A stretch of DNA of 64,000 nucleotides from Paraspadella gotoi (Eukaryota > Animalia > Chaetognatha), in contig CM119267.1 in NCBI GenBank assembly GCA_051294375.1, forward strand, positions 13,552,015 through 13,616,014, read 5' to 3'. How positions within the stretch are numbered: position 1 is the first letter of the stretch; the number at the start of each line of letters is the position of its first letter. A model generated the notes under the pieces. The model saw nothing but the letters and a program-made list of their open reading frames with translations, searched no databases and was not told the origin of the DNA. Positions 62,601 to 64,000 of the stretch are shown in pieces. The translations under genes were made by a program, and so were the position numbers.

Positions 62601-63295
62601 TTTAGAATATTTACTACGCTTTACTGGTTAAGGATTTAGGCTTGTTAGGGTTAGGGGTGGTTACTGGTAGTGTTAAGGGTGGTTAGGGATTAGGGTTTGA
62701 GGAAGTTAAGGTTAGGGGTAAAATGGTCTCTAGGCGAAAAAATTATAAAAATTATAAAATTGAATCATATTTTTTCCAGCATATTTTTGTTTTGCACCAT
62801 CCTCGTCCGTATGGAATCATGTTTTCAAATTTCTTATTTCTATCCAATATAGTTTTTTGACATTAATAAAGTTTTTCTACCCTTACCAGTGTTTTCTTTT
62901 TTCATATTTGCACAAAGATTTTTAAAACAAATCACCAACCGTAAAATCCCAGATATGAATTACTATTATATGAATTATATTTATTAAATATTTAAACTCT
63001 AGTAAAGATTTTTTTGGTGTCACTCGCGAACGGACACGGGGTAAATACTTAGTCAGAAAAATGTACCCTTTCATCTTGATAAGTGCATGTAGATTTCTCA
63101 AATTTCGTATACAGTTACCAACCTGAAAAAACTAGCGGGAACGTGTACTAGTATAAGCGATTCCAGGACCTCACTGCTATCGCTAGAATCGTAGAGAGAT
63201 TCGAGATCACGCAATTCTTCGTTCGAAGAGGCGAGAGAGGGACTCCGCTTCGTCGCAGCTTCCTCTATCGACTGTCGTCGGAGAGAGTCGCTCAT
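50670..63295 (-). CDS. RCAN: Calcipressin / regulator of calcineurin (RCAN, sarah/DSCR1 family), 250 aa; exons 63295-63123, 59328-59139, 57262-57054, 50850-50670
   Basis: Four phase-matched GT-AG exons total 753 nt. RRM-like FIYLKSFRRARVDFSS...LRCYFAQ; FLKPPPLEKQFLISPPMSPVVG (SP motif); PSVFVH (PxIxIT-like); C-terminal KTPKPNYTPP. Confidence 0.95.
51029..51124. repeat. 22-bp tandem repeat x4
   Basis: TTGAC[TG]CGATGATAGTCATTCA. Confidence 0.9.
54130..54340. repeat. Fold-back palindromic MITE-like element
   Basis: Arms GCCTCAAGGTGT.GCGCGTTC..ACGTCGCCCGTTTAAAGA and their reverse complement. Confidence 0.8.
54770..54815. repeat. Perfect 46-bp palindrome
   Basis: AATCGACAGATTTTGCGGAAAAT|ATTTTCCGCAAAATCTGTCGATT. 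Confidence 0.95.
55698..56775 (-). mobile_element. Helentron-associated (HINE/DINE-1-like) non-autonomous element with internal 18-bp minisatellite
   Basis: Subterminal IRs GTCGGATCTGC/GCAGATC(C)GAC, terminal palindrome GTTTGAGCAAAC, hairpin GGATCTGCT-GATA-AGCAGATC, (GGAC)n tract, tandem core repeats, A/T-run flanks. Confidence 0.75.
55755..56095. repeat. 18-bp minisatellite (TCAACTGRCATAATTTGR)n
   Basis: About 17 degenerate tandem units. Confidence 0.9.
57427..57476 (-). ncRNA. Degenerate twister motif in RCAN intron 2
   Basis: Reverse complement AGT-GA-CG-G-GCCGGT-TTAA-CCC-AC...G-CCAAA-TCCGAA-GT-TCCGG; T1 CG/CG and T2 AC/GT intact, P2 and P4 damaged. Confidence 0.45.
57738..57820 (+). ncRNA. 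Type-P5 twister ribozyme motif (LTR copy 1), predicted cleavage 57765/57766
   Basis: GCGA-GA-CC-T-TCCTAGGG-T^AA-CCGC-GC-C-AGTGAC/GTCACT-G-AGGG-TCGGAA-GC-CCCC; T1 CC/GG, T2 GC/GC. Confidence 0.75.
58224..58308 (+). ncRNA. Type-P5 twister ribozyme motif (LTR copy 2), predicted cleavage 58251/58252
   Basis: Same core as copy 1; P5 GTTGGC/GCCAAC closes the motif; GA is mutated to GG. Confidence 0.7.
61836..62372 (+). mobile_element. Penelope-pLTR-like hammerhead element flanked by ~230-bp direct repeats
   Basis: Same blocks plus ACAACGAAAAGAAAG tail; flanks 61606-61835 and 62373-62602 are near-identical. Confidence 0.7.
62253..62283 (+). ncRNA. Minimal type I hammerhead ribozyme
   Basis: AATG-CTGATGA-A-GGCT/AGCC-GAAACATGTC-CGTT; stem I AATG/CGTT; palindromic ACATGT stem III. 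Confidence 0.8.
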
Positions 63296-64000
63296 GGTTC
63301 AGAGTAGGAGAGAACGGAACCAGGGGGAAACAATTGTCTCTTGGTCCAAAAGGCGTATCAAAGATAGGAAATCATTCGTGACCCGGCTTTTTAATTATTG
63401 AAGAGTCCCTTTAATGTAATTATATAGTTCAAGAAACTTCCTTTTACGGGAGAGGCACCAATTTCATGGAATTATCAACAACAAAGTTAGAGCTAAAATC
63501 GATAGATAATTGATGATTTTTAAGTCCAGAAAAACTGAGCGCATTTCATTTATTAATTAAGGTTTAAAACTTTGTCAATCTGAAAAAAAAAAGTTTGGAG
63601 TAAAACACTTTTTAATAAGTTTGCGCAAACAATGTCGGATCTGCCTACGATAATTATCTGCCTCGATAATTAAGAGGTAATTAGCTACTCCAGATGATAA
63701 ATCCTATATTCTTTTAATTTGTGATCCTAACTGATCATAACTGATCATAACGATCATACCAAACCAGTGGCTGCTACCATGTACGCTGCTACCATTTGTA
63801 AGCGTGACCATTTGAAACCGCCACTAAAAAAAATTAACCAAACAAATGTGAAGAGACTTTATATTTTGAAAGAGATACTTAAAGAAAAGACATTCATTTT
63901 TTATGTGTAAATTTTTTGATAAATGATTTTGTTTTGAGTACGTAATGAGCAAAAAAGATAAGGAGCAAATTCGAGATTTTTATTCAAAAATAAAAGGAAA

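Noticed and set aside
62636-62720. Telomere or interstitial telomeric array
   Set aside because: Short degenerate TTAGGG-like units that recur inside dispersed repeats (8025, 14935, 16930), not a true array.

Overview
AT-rich invertebrate (eukaryotic) genomic scaffold with two 25-N gaps (9736-9760, 35556-35580), next to which the sequence is indel-rich and duplicated. Intron-containing genes reconstructed by hand, all on the minus strand: (1) a ~700-aa Ser-rich disordered protein with SUMO-interacting-type motifs (2910-6777), with an error-ridden inverted copy at ~10600-12830; (2) a frameshifted multi-C-type-lectin gene (~30450-35200); (3) a double-CHHC zinc-finger GTSF1/Asterix-like gene (44084-44338), with a frameshifted tandem copy; (4) a complete four-exon calcipressin/RCAN gene (50670-63295). 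Intergenic and intronic DNA is mostly non-autonomous mobile elements (Helentron/HINE-like, Tc1-like and Harbinger-like MITEs, a 7-bp-TSD family, tRNA SINEs). The main discovery is a dense set of self-cleaving-ribozyme motifs. At least four unrelated repeat families carry type-P5 twister motifs with covarying pseudoknots and a palindromic P1: two tRNA-derived SINE families, a short repeat, and a ~765-bp LTR/PBS element that looks like a twister-based LTR retrozyme. More than a dozen minimal hammerhead motifs sit in Penelope-pLTR-like elements. All calls come from manual reading; no searches or folding programs were run.
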